DNA from: Pseudomonadota bacterium
Lineage (GTDB): Bacteria > Bdellovibrionota_G > JALEGL01 > DATDPG01
Length of the DNA stretch: 23,790 nt
Direction: 5' to 3'
NCBI GenBank assembly: GCA_043809315.1
Contig: JAZDDX010000030.1
Location: 1 to 23,790, forward strand
Positions 1-7,747 of this stretch are shown here, piece by piece. The notes beneath the pieces are model-generated. The model was not told the DNA's origin, searched no databases, and saw only the letters and a program-made list of their open reading frames with translations. How positions within the stretch are numbered: the first letter of the stretch is position 1; each line of letters opens with the position of its first letter. The position numbers were made by a program, and so were the translations under genes.

Positions 1-485
1 ACTTTCAGAACACCGAGAACATCCCGCCACTGTCGGTCGGATACCGACCCACCCTTCTTGAACCAAACCAGTTTGCTCACGATGAGATCTTCCGGGGAAG
101 CCATGAACAGCCGGATCCCCGGCCGAATCTCCATGGAACGCCGGCGAGCCATCTGTTCTTTCTCGAATGGCGAATTCCTCGAAACAAAGATGTCGATCTT
201 CTGAACCGACGGGATGTGGATGAGGTTAAACGACCCCCCCTCCGCCACGGCCCTCCTGGCCGCATCCTCGCTGATGTAATAGTCCGCACCCAAAGACTGA
301 ACCAGACTGCCAAGCTGCGATAGGGAGAGTTCCGCCACGAAATCGACATCGTTCGTGAACCGGTATTCCCCCAGGAGCGAGCTGGCGATCGAGCCACCGA
401 TAAAATAGGGGACGCCGACTTGATCAAGAATCAGCCCCACGCTGTTGGATACGGAGATCGGATCGATCGGCGGGTCAGTAACCAT
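1..485 (-). CDS. Nucleotidyltransferase, MenT/AbiEii(DUF1814)-like toxin candidate; 3' end lies outside the window
   Basis: Absent from the ORF track because there is no stop in the window. Manual translation from ATG at 485 is open to the edge: MVTDPPIDPISVSNSVGLILDQVGVPYFIGGSIASSLLGEYRFTNDVDFVAEL...SFNLIH...KIDIF...ASPEDLIVSKLVWFKKGGSVSDRQWRDVLGVLK. It has the GG-S...R-x-T-x-DVD Pol-beta NTase signature and the PEDLIxxKL and RQWRD motifs. It overlaps the upstream small gene by 11 nt. Confidence 0.85.
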   Translation of the reverse strand, partial: MVTDPPIDPISVSNSVGLILDQVGVPYFIGGSIASSLLGEYRFTNDVDFVAELSLSQLGSLVQSLGADYYISEDAARRAVAEGGSFNLIHIPSVQKIDIFVSRNSPFEKEQMARRRSMEIRPGIRLFMASPEDLIVSKLVWFKKGGSVSDRQWRDVLGVLK

Positions 486-747
486 TTTTTCGCGGATCCC
501 ATCCGAAAGCTTCGATCATCAATTCACGAGGAATCCTTCGCGAGGCGACGCGGAGCTTGAGTTCCCTCTCCGAAATCCCCGGATGCCGGGAACGGATCCC
601 CGCCTCCCCGAGAGACTGCGCCGTGTGCCAGAGAGCCACGATTTTTTCCGCCTTTTGTTGCGGCGTCATCTTCCGATACAGATCGAAGAGAATCCGGTTC
701 GTTTCCGGATCTGTGTCGTGCGGTTGAAAAATCGGTGGAGCCTTCAT
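475..747 (-). CDS. Small helical protein, probable antitoxin partner of the NTase (MenA1-like)
   Basis: 90 aa, DTDPE...LYRKMTPQQK...AGIRSRHPGISERELKLRVASR. This pattern is typical of small proteins encoded directly upstream of this NTase family. Its stop overlaps the NTase start region. Confidence 0.7.
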   Translation of the reverse strand: MKAPPIFQPHDTDPETNRILFDLYRKMTPQQKAEKIVALWHTAQSLGEAGIRSRHPGISERELKLRVASRRIPRELMIEAFGWDPRKNGY

Positions 748-779
748 ATACGCTCAAAACCCTACCACACGCCCGCCGA

Positions 780-2291
780 TCAGCGCATCTTCCCTGCGTT
801 CATCAGCACCGTGACCTTCCGATTCCCGGCGGAGCGGCGATCGTAGAGGACGATGTCGCTCTTCCCGTCCCCGTCCAGATCCCCGACGCGCCACAAACGC
901 GAGACGGGAACCTCATAGACCGCGGACGGCACACTCGGGAACGGCTCTTTCGCCTTCGGATTCTGGAGCAAGACCGTGATCCCCTTCCGGTCGCGCGCAT
1001 ACAGAGCATCCGGATACCCGTCGCCGTTGAAGTCCCCCTCGAGCGTCGGGAGCATCCCGTCGATGAAGAGATCGAACAGATCGAACCGGAACGAGATCTC
1101 CCGCTCGTAATCGGGCTTGTCGAGGTGATACCCGTCCGGGTGGAGCGAATAGAACGCGAAGTTCACGTCGGTCGTCCGCTGGATCAGCGCCTTCACCACG
1201 GCCCAGGCGTTGAACGTCGACGAAGCGACCACCAGCGTCTTCTTCCCGCTGCGGTCGAGATCGATCGGAAGGGCGCCGGCCGCGCGATTCCCTCGTGGCG
1301 CGAGGTGAACCCCCTTCTCCGGAATCTTCCCGTCCGACCCCGTCATGAAGACCTCCGTATCGGCGCGCAACGACGTCGTCTCCCCCTGGAACTTCGTCAC
1401 GACGAAATCGGTTCGCCCGTCGTTGTTCAGATCGGACGGAATCGCTAGAGCATAGCTCTGCCCGTCGTCCCGTTCCTCTTCCGACAGCTGATGAAAATAA
1501 TAGGTCTGAGGAGCCGAGCCGCCCGAAAGAGGGGTCATGGCCACTTCGTCCATCCAAGGGAAGAAGAGGGAATCGGCCGGTCTCGCCCCGGTCAAAGTTC
1601 CCAGGAAGAACCCCGGATACCATGCGGAACTCCGGAGCCAGTAGGGAAGTTCCAGCTGCATCCGTTCCGTCGCCGTCTTGTGAAACGCCCTCGGCGAGAC
1701 CGGAAACTTCTGCTCGACCTCGAACCCCTTCGCCTTGATCGCCACCAGTTGAAAACCATCGCGGGCCGGAAGCAGAATCTGTTTCTCCTCCGATCCCGGG
1801 ACATCCAGTGTCGGATCCAAAGGCTCCGCATTCCCCAACTGAGGAATGAAAAACGGCGAATCGATCGCAAGGGCAAACTTCTTGTCCGCCTGCCAAGTAA
1901 CTCCGTGCTCCGAACGAGCACACCCCCACAACTCCGCCCTCCCGCTCCGCACAAGAAACAACGACGAATTCGTCACGAGCTCAGGTCGCAAAAAACTGTA
2001 GAAGATGACGTCTTCAGGCAGCCATACCTCGCCGAATAACGTCGGCTTCCCTTTCGAGATCTCCCAGACCGAGAGCTTGAGCTTCCAGTCGGGATAGTTC
2101 CCCTCCCGTAAGAGAATCACGACCTCCTTCCCGCCGCCGGGAGCAACATCCTCCAGCGTCAACTGCCGGAGACGCCCGCCGAGGTTCAGGTCGCTCCTTC
2201 GAAAGACAGGGTTGCTCCCCAGAAAGGCTTCCTGAGCGGAGGCGGTCGTTACGAGGAACAGAAACAAGATCGAAAAGAGAAAAGATTTCAC
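780..2291 (-). CDS. Secreted FG-GAP/VCBS repeat protein (beta-propeller, Ca-binding loops)
   Basis: 503 aa, GTG start, signal peptide MKSFLFSILFLFLVTTASA. Repeats include DLNNDGRTDFVV, DLDRSGKKTLVV, GDFNGDGYPDAL and GDLDGDGKSDIVL. Confidence 0.85.
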   Translation of the reverse strand: MKSFLFSILFLFLVTTASAQEAFLGSNPVFRRSDLNLGGRLRQLTLEDVAPGGGKEVVILLREGNYPDWKLKLSVWEISKGKPTLFGEVWLPEDVIFYSFLRPELVTNSSLFLVRSGRAELWGCARSEHGVTWQADKKFALAIDSPFFIPQLGNAEPLDPTLDVPGSEEKQILLPARDGFQLVAIKAKGFEVEQKFPVSPRAFHKTATERMQLELPYWLRSSAWYPGFFLGTLTGARPADSLFFPWMDEVAMTPLSGGSAPQTYYFHQLSEEERDDGQSYALAIPSDLNNDGRTDFVVTKFQGETTSLRADTEVFMTGSDGKIPEKGVHLAPRGNRAAGALPIDLDRSGKKTLVVASSTFNAWAVVKALIQRTTDVNFAFYSLHPDGYHLDKPDYEREISFRFDLFDLFIDGMLPTLEGDFNGDGYPDALYARDRKGITVLLQNPKAKEPFPSVPSAVYEVPVSRLWRVGDLDGDGKSDIVLYDRRSAGNRKVTVLMNAGKMR

Positions 2292-2295
2292 GAGT

Positions 2296-2332
2296 TTGAC
2301 GCTACCTTAAGCCAATGTTAGGACCGTTTCAA
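2296..2332. promoter_or_regulatory. Overlapping divergent sigma70-like promoters (FG-GAP gene and deoC operon)
   Basis: Plus strand: TTGACG(2296-2301)-17 bp-TAGGAC(2319-2324), with an extended TG. Minus strand: TTGAAA(2332-2327)-17 bp-TAAGGT(2309-2304). Only 41 bp separate the two start codons. Confidence 0.35.
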
Positions 2333-3226
2333 ATGGATGATGAGCTGATTGCCGCGATTACCAAGCGGGTGAAGGAGGTTCTCGAGAAGGAGAAGTCCCA
2401 GGAGAAGCCGAGGGGCTTCGTCGAAGGACAGGCGTGCAACGCCACCTCGTCCGACTGCGCCGGCCACGGGAAGTGCGCCAACCGCAAGGACCATACGATG
2501 AAACGGATGATCGAGATGGGGGCCGCCCGTTTCGGCGCCGCCCCCGGGCTCGAACGCCCCCCGCACGACATCGCCCGCCGGATCGACCACACGCTGCTCA
2601 AACCCGACGCCACCAAGGAGGAGCTCGACAAGCTTTGCGACGAGGCGATGAAGTACCACTTTGCCACCTGCTGCGTGAACGCCGTCAACGTCGCCCACGT
2701 CGCCAAACGGCTCAAAGGGAGCGACGTCAAGGCGATCGCCGTCGTCGGCTTTCCCCTCGGCGCCTCCACGACCAACGCCAAGGTCTACGAGGCGATCGAG
2801 GCGGTCCGGAACGGTGCGCAAGAGATCGACATGGTGATCAACGTCGGCGCGCTCAAGTCGCAGGATTACACGACCGTCTCCGAAGACATCCGGAAGGTGG
2901 TCGAAGCTTCGGCCCCGAAAAAGGTGAAGGTGATCCTGGAGACCTCGCTCCTCAATCAGGAACAGAAGATCGCCGGGTGTGTTCTCTCGAAGGCGGCCGG
3001 CGCCGCGTTCGTGAAGACCTCGACCGGGTTCGGGCCCGGCGGGGCGACCGTCGACGACATCACGCTGATGCGCCGGGTGGTCGGGGAAGATATGGAGGTC
3101 AAGGCGAGCGGCGGGATCCGGACGCGCGAGGACGCCCTCAAGATGCTCGACGCCGGCGCCGACCGGATCGGCGCGAGCGCCAGCATTGCGATCGTCGAAG
3201 GGAAGAAAGGCGGAGGTGGGTATTGA
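2333..3226 (+). CDS. deoC: Deoxyribose-phosphate aldolase with a ~75-aa N-terminal extension
   Basis: Motifs IDHTLLKP, VVGFPLG, EIDMVIN, KVILET, FVKTSTGF (Schiff-base Lys), VKASGGIRT and RIGAS. Start taken at ATG 2333 (AGGA 9 nt upstream); alternative is ATG 2315. Confidence 0.95.
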   Translation: MDDELIAAITKRVKEVLEKEKSQEKPRGFVEGQACNATSSDCAGHGKCANRKDHTMKRMIEMGAARFGAAPGLERPPHDIARRIDHTLLKPDATKEELDKLCDEAMKYHFATCCVNAVNVAHVAKRLKGSDVKAIAVVGFPLGASTTNAKVYEAIEAVRNGAQEIDMVINVGALKSQDYTTVSEDIRKVVEASAPKKVKVILETSLLNQEQKIAGCVLSKAAGAAFVKTSTGFGPGGATVDDITLMRRVVGEDMEVKASGGIRTREDALKMLDAGADRIGASASIAIVEGKKGGGGY

Positions 3227-3246
3227 CCAAGGACTCGGCAACAACG

Positions 3247-4053
3247 ATGTCCGGGAAGGACAGGAAGCAATACCACATCGGCTGTAAGCCCGGAGACCTG
3301 GCCGAATACATCATGCTCGTCGGCGATCCCGGCCGTGCGGCGAAGGTCGCTGCCCACTTTGAGAAGATCCGTTTTCAAAACCAGCACCGCGAGTACGTGA
3401 CCGTCACCGGAAAATATAAGGGTATGGACCTGACCGTCATGGCCACCGGGATGGGTCAGGACAACACCGAGATTGCGATGGTCGAGATCTGCCAGATCAC
3501 GAGGAACCCGACCTTTCTTCGATGCGGGACGACGGGCGCGCTCCAGCCAGCGGCAAGGCTCACTGACCTTTTGGTGTCGAGGGGGGCGGTCCGCCTGGAA
3601 AATCTGACTTCCTTTTACGTCTTGGACGGATATCCGGCCGTTGCTGATTCGGACGTCCTGATCGCAATCGGCCGCGCATGCAAGAAACTCCGAATCCCGT
3701 TCCATGTCGGGATCACGGCCAGCGCCGTCGGTTTCTTCGGACCGCAGGGGCGGGAACTCCCGGGATTCCCGATCCGGTACCCGAACCTTCAGGCCGATCT
3801 GGCCCGGATGAACGTCATGAACCTGGAAATGGAAACCTCGGCGCTCTTCATTTTGGCCTCTCTCCGTGGACTTCGTGCGGGCGCAGTCTGCACGGTGGTC
3901 GCGAGTCGCCCGCGCAACGAAAAAGCGGACCCTGAGGAGATCCTTCGCGGCGAGAAGAAGTGCATCGAGGTCTCCCTCAAGACGTTCGAGTACCTTCGCA
4001 AAATGGACGCGGACAAAAAGAAACGGAAGCTCCCGCTCTGGCTCCCCGCGTGA
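3247..4053 (+). CDS. udp: Uridine/nucleoside phosphorylase (PNP/UDP family 1)
   Basis: QYHIG, VGDPGRA, HREY, TGMG, RCGTTGALQ, GFFGPQGR, NLEMETSALF. The true gene is only the C-terminal part of the 2434..4053 ORF. Alternative start is TTG 3223, overlapping the deoC stop with GGAGG upstream. Confidence 0.85.
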   Translation: MSGKDRKQYHIGCKPGDLAEYIMLVGDPGRAAKVAAHFEKIRFQNQHREYVTVTGKYKGMDLTVMATGMGQDNTEIAMVEICQITRNPTFLRCGTTGALQPAARLTDLLVSRGAVRLENLTSFYVLDGYPAVADSDVLIAIGRACKKLRIPFHVGITASAVGFFGPQGRELPGFPIRYPNLQADLARMNVMNLEMETSALFILASLRGLRAGAVCTVVASRPRNEKADPEEILRGEKKCIEVSLKTFEYLRKMDADKKKRKLPLWLPA

Positions 4054-4883
4054 CGACCCCCGCCCACTACAAAGGAACGATCACGAAGGGGCTGAACGCT
4101 CTCACGAAGACGTTCGGGAAACAGGTTCCGGACGTGGCGGTCGTTCTGGGCTCCGGCCTGGGAGCTTTCGCAGAACGGCTGGAGGCATCCAAGAAACTCC
4201 CGTATCAACGGGTCCCGGGATTCCCGAAGCCCAAGGTTCCCGGTCACGCAGGCGAAGTCGTCGTCGGCAAGCTCGGCACGAAGCGCGTATTGATCTTCCG
4301 CGGACGTTTCCATTATTACGAGGGGCATTCCCTCTACATCACGGTCCTTCCGATCCGTCTCGCCGGGGCCTGGGGGATCAAGAACCTGATCGTCACGAAC
4401 GCCGCCGGAGGGGTGAACCCGAGTTTCCCTCCCGGCTCGCTGATGCTGATTCGAGACCACTTGAATCTGATCGGCGCCAACCCGCCCCGGGGACCGAACC
4501 TCGACTCGTTCGGCACGCGGTTCCCCGACATGACGAACGCCTACGACCCGGAGTTCCGGGCGCTGGCGAAAAAGACGGCCGACCGGATGGGGTTCCGGAT
4601 CTTCGAAGGGGTCTACGCGGCCGGTCCCGGCCCATCGTACGAAACTCCGGCGGAGATCTCGATGCTCCGCACACTCGGCGCCGACGCCACCGGGATGTCG
4701 ACCGTGCCGGAGGTGATCGTGGCCCGACAGCAGGGAATGCGCGTGTTGGGGGTTTCCTGCGTCACGAACCACGCCGCGGGGGTCTCGACCCAGCCGATCA
4801 CGCACGACGAGGTGATCGAGAACTCTAAGAAAGTGGAACGCGATTTTTGCGAATTGCTCGAGCGCTGGATCGCCGCGTATTGA
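4050..4883 (+). CDS. punA: Purine-nucleoside phosphorylase (trimeric PunA/XapA type)
   Basis: VVLGSGLG, GHAG, GRFHYYEG, TNAAGG, DHLN, RFPDMT, GPSYETPAE, GMSTVPE, SCVTNHAAG, THDEV. GTG start overlaps the udp stop (GTGA). Confidence 0.92.
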   Translation: MTTPAHYKGTITKGLNALTKTFGKQVPDVAVVLGSGLGAFAERLEASKKLPYQRVPGFPKPKVPGHAGEVVVGKLGTKRVLIFRGRFHYYEGHSLYITVLPIRLAGAWGIKNLIVTNAAGGVNPSFPPGSLMLIRDHLNLIGANPPRGPNLDSFGTRFPDMTNAYDPEFRALAKKTADRMGFRIFEGVYAAGPGPSYETPAEISMLRTLGADATGMSTVPEVIVARQQGMRVLGVSCVTNHAAGVSTQPITHDEVIENSKKVERDFCELLERWIAAY

Positions 4884-4894
4884 AAGACAGAACG

Positions 4895-5284
4895 ATGACA
4901 AAATCCGAAATCAAACTCCTGGTCGAGATGGCGAAAAAGGTCCGGAAGAACGCCTACTCTCCGTATTTCAAAGTCTATGTCGGAGCGGCCCTTCTCGCGC
5001 ACGACGGCACGATTCACGTCGGCTGCAATGTCGAGAACGCCTCCGGCTCCGCGATCGTCTGCGCGGAATCGAACGCGATCGCGGCCGGCGTCGCCGCCGG
5101 TTACCGGAAGTTCAAAGCGGTGGCGGTCGTCGGCTTCCCGGACAAGCTGCTTTTCCCGTGCGGTGTTTGCCGCCAGAAGCTGGTGGAGTTTTCGCCGGAC
5201 ATGGACGTTTACGTTGCGACCACCAAAGGAAAGATCAAACACCTCAAGCTCGGCAAGCTGATTCCCCACATGGTTCGTCTCTAA
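4895..5284 (+). CDS. cdd: Cytidine deaminase, homotetrameric Zn-Cys3 type (divergent pocket)
   Basis: AYSPY..VGAAL, GCNVENAS, CAE, PCGVCRQ; 129 aa from ATG 4895. Confidence 0.88.
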   Translation: MTKSEIKLLVEMAKKVRKNAYSPYFKVYVGAALLAHDGTIHVGCNVENASGSAIVCAESNAIAAGVAAGYRKFKAVAVVGFPDKLLFPCGVCRQKLVEFSPDMDVYVATTKGKIKHLKLGKLIPHMVRL

Positions 5285-5898
5285 CGGGGATCGAGAACGA
5301 AACTTAGGCAATAAAGCGGCAGTCCATCATCCAGGACCGGGTTATCCAGCCAATAACATTTCCCGTCGATCCTATCTTTCGGCGTCAGATCCTCGACACG
5401 CTCGCAGGAAAGAGCGGTTCCGCTTCGGATCGGTGACCCCGCCTCATCGAAGTAAAAGATCAACGCGCGAAACAGGAGCGCCCCTTCCGGACTCATCCAT
5501 GCTGAACCATCTTTCATCTGCCTTGTGATCGCCACGATCTTTCCAACATTCATCCAAACTCCATTGGAAGACTCTTTCTGCAACCGATAGGGCGTTTGGA
5601 CGAAATCAGATCGATTCAAAGCCAAATCTTGATCTTCCAAAAAATAAGTGAACGAGGACTGGTTCCAAAGATGCCAGCCGAATGGTTCCGGGAGATCAAC
5701 CTTGGAAACGGGAGGATGGTCGATGTCTCCATCCCACCGCTGTTCCCCGTGGCTGTACCGCATGAAGATTTCGTGACACGTATTTGTCACTTGGATCCCG
5801 AGGGCTTTCTCCGCCAGCCCGCCGGATGAAACCCCGGGTACAATGACGAGCGACAGAAGCACGCTCAGGACAATTCCTCTTCGGACCCCTTCCCGCAC
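5281..5898 (-). CDS. Hypothetical exported protein
   Basis: 205 aa with an N-terminal basic+hydrophobic signal-like segment (RRGIVLSVLLSLVIVPGVSS). It fills the gap between cdd and upp, and its stop overlaps the cdd stop. No family recognised. Confidence 0.65.
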   Translation of the reverse strand: MREGVRRGIVLSVLLSLVIVPGVSSGGLAEKALGIQVTNTCHEIFMRYSHGEQRWDGDIDHPPVSKVDLPEPFGWHLWNQSSFTYFLEDQDLALNRSDFVQTPYRLQKESSNGVWMNVGKIVAITRQMKDGSAWMSPEGALLFRALIFYFDEAGSPIRSGTALSCERVEDLTPKDRIDGKCYWLDNPVLDDGLPLYCLSFVLDPR

Positions 5899-5949
5899 GC
5901 CACCCCATAACGTCGCGACGCGTTACCGTCAACCAAAAGTTCACTTTCC

Positions 5950-5977
5950 TTGCCTGCCGCGGAATCCCGTCTATCAT
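5950..5977 (+). promoter_or_regulatory. Sigma70-like promoter for upp-hpt-ridA, probably leaderless
   Basis: TTGCCT(5950-5955)-16 bp-TATCAT(5972-5977), followed 7 nt later by ATG 5985 with no Shine-Dalgarno. Confidence 0.45.
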
Positions 5978-5984
5978 GCCCGCC

Positions 5985-6803
5985 ATGCCGGACCGCCAGT
6001 ATCAGGAACTCCCGTACCGACTGAACGAACGGCCGCACAAATACGGGCCGAACGTCCACTTGATCTCCGACCCCTTTCTCCTGACCCGCCTCGCACGGTT
6101 GTGCAGCGTCGACTGCGTCCAGCCGGAGGTGAACTCCCTATTCCGCGCCCTCTACCGTTCCCTCGGTCGTGACGTCGCGAACGCGGAGTTGCCACGGTAT
6201 CGGGCCAAACTCCCGACGCGGATGTCGGCCAAACATCCGAAGGAAGCGATCTTCGAGGGGGAACTGCTCGCGACGCAGACCAAGGTCGTGATCGCCTCAC
6301 TCGCCCGCGCCGGGATCCTCCCGTCGCTCGAGCTGTTCGAGGTCTACTGCAACTTCCTCGACCCGAAACGGGTCCGCGTCGACCACATCTTCATCAACCG
6401 TTCGACCGACAAACACCATCACGTTACCGGCGCGCCGATTCACGGATCGAAGATCGGCGGGACCGTCGATCACTCGATCGTCATCATCCCCGACCCGATG
6501 GGGGCGACCGGAAACTCCACGTCGAACACCGTCAGTTATTACAAGAAGGAGATCGAGGGGAAGCCGAGCCGCTGGATCTCGATGAACCTGATCGTCACGC
6601 CGGAGTACATCCGGAAACTGAAGGCGGATCATCCGGAGGTGGTGATCTACGCGATTCGGCTCGACCGCGGTTTCAGCAGTAAACGAGCGCTGGAAGCGCT
6701 CCCCGGCGAATTCCCCGACGAAGAGCGGGGATTGAACGACGAACAGTACATCGTCCCAGGAGGAGGAGGGTTCGGAGAACTTTCGAGCAACGCATGGGTA
6801 TGA
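5985..6803 (+). CDS. upp: Uracil phosphoribosyltransferase-family protein (divergent)
   Basis: ARAG, PRPP loop IIPDPMGATGNS, DRG and LNDEQYIVPG(G)GGFGE; salvage-operon context. Alternative start is ATG 5976. Confidence 0.8.
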   Translation: MPDRQYQELPYRLNERPHKYGPNVHLISDPFLLTRLARLCSVDCVQPEVNSLFRALYRSLGRDVANAELPRYRAKLPTRMSAKHPKEAIFEGELLATQTKVVIASLARAGILPSLELFEVYCNFLDPKRVRVDHIFINRSTDKHHHVTGAPIHGSKIGGTVDHSIVIIPDPMGATGNSTSNTVSYYKKEIEGKPSRWISMNLIVTPEYIRKLKADHPEVVIYAIRLDRGFSSKRALEALPGEFPDEERGLNDEQYIVPGGGGFGELSSNAWV

Positions 6804-7327
6804 AGAAACTCCAGACCCTTTTGAGCGAAGAACAGATCCGGGACCGCATTGCCGAACTCGCGGAACAGATCACCACGGATTACAAAGGGAAACAGCCGGT
6901 TCTCGTGGCGGTTCTCAAAGGCTCGTTCCTTTTCTTTTCCGACCTGATCCGCAAAATCGATCTCCCCCTTGAGGTCGATTTCCTCGGCGCCTCGTCGTAC
7001 GGGAACAAAACGGTCTCCTCCGGCGTCGTCCGGATCACCCTCGACCTCTCCTACCCGATCAGCGGACGTGACGTGATCCTGGTCGAAGACATCGTCGACA
7101 CCGGAAATACGCTTCACTACATCCTGGAGGGGTTGCGCCTCCGGAACCCGGCATCCCTCAAGGTTTGCACGCTTCTTCTGAAACCGGAATGCATCCAGAA
7201 AAAGGTGCCCGTCAGTTACATCGGCTTCAAGATCCCGAACAAATTCGTCGTCGGCTTCGGCCTCGATGCGGCGGAGAAATACCGGAACCTGCCGTACATC
7301 GCCATCCTTCCCGGGGAACACGAATGA
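6800..7327 (+). CDS. hpt: Hypoxanthine phosphoribosyltransferase
   Basis: VLKGS, SSYG, SSG, VILVEDIVDTGNTL, FVVGFGLD and YRNLPYI. ATGA overlap with the upp stop. Confidence 0.95.
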   Translation: MKKLQTLLSEEQIRDRIAELAEQITTDYKGKQPVLVAVLKGSFLFFSDLIRKIDLPLEVDFLGASSYGNKTVSSGVVRITLDLSYPISGRDVILVEDIVDTGNTLHYILEGLRLRNPASLKVCTLLLKPECIQKKVPVSYIGFKIPNKFVVGFGLDAAEKYRNLPYIAILPGEHE

Positions 7328-7713
7328 CCGACCGGATCATCTCGACCGACCAAGCTCCCGCCGCCATCGGCCCCTATTCGCAAGGGGTCGTCGCGAACGG
7401 ATTCCTCTTCACCGCGGGACAGATCCCGATCGATCCCGCGACGCAGGAGATGATCGGAGGGGACGTCAAAGCCCAAACCGATCGCGTATTCCGGAACCTT
7501 CAGGCGGTCCTCGCCGCCGCCGGCTGTTCGTTCGATGACGTCGTCAAAGCGACCGTCTTTTTGACCTCGATGACCGATTTTCCGGCCCTGAATGAGGTCT
7601 ATTCGACCTATTTGGGAAAACGGAAGCCGGCCCGCTCGACCGTGGCTGTAGCGGCCCTCCCGAAAGGGGCCCGGATCGAAATCGAGCTGATTGCCAAAAT
7701 TCCCAACAATTAG
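7324..7713 (+). CDS. ridA: RidA/YjgF family enamine/imine deaminase
   Basis: APAAIGPYSQ, AGQIP, NEVY, PARSTV, LPKGARIEIE; the catalytic Arg of PAR is present. ATGA overlap with hpt. Confidence 0.92.
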   Translation: MTDRIISTDQAPAAIGPYSQGVVANGFLFTAGQIPIDPATQEMIGGDVKAQTDRVFRNLQAVLAAAGCSFDDVVKATVFLTSMTDFPALNEVYSTYLGKRKPARSTVAVAALPKGARIEIELIAKIPNN

Positions 7714-7719
7714 GGGTTC

Positions 7720-7747
7720 TTGACACAGCTGCATCAAACGTGAGAAT
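7720..7747 (+). promoter_or_regulatory. Candidate sigma70 promoter upstream of the PhaR-like gene
   Basis: Perfect -35 TTGACA (7720-7725), 16 bp spacer, GAGAAT (7742-7747), in the intergenic gap. Confidence 0.35.

Noticed and set aside
2434-3246. 539-aa ORF suggesting a long N-terminal extension of udp or a deoC-udp frameshift fusion
   Set aside because: The upstream part is Arg-rich, low-complexity shadow sequence overlapping deoC, as expected in GC-rich DNA. No slippery site was seen and udp has its own plausible start.
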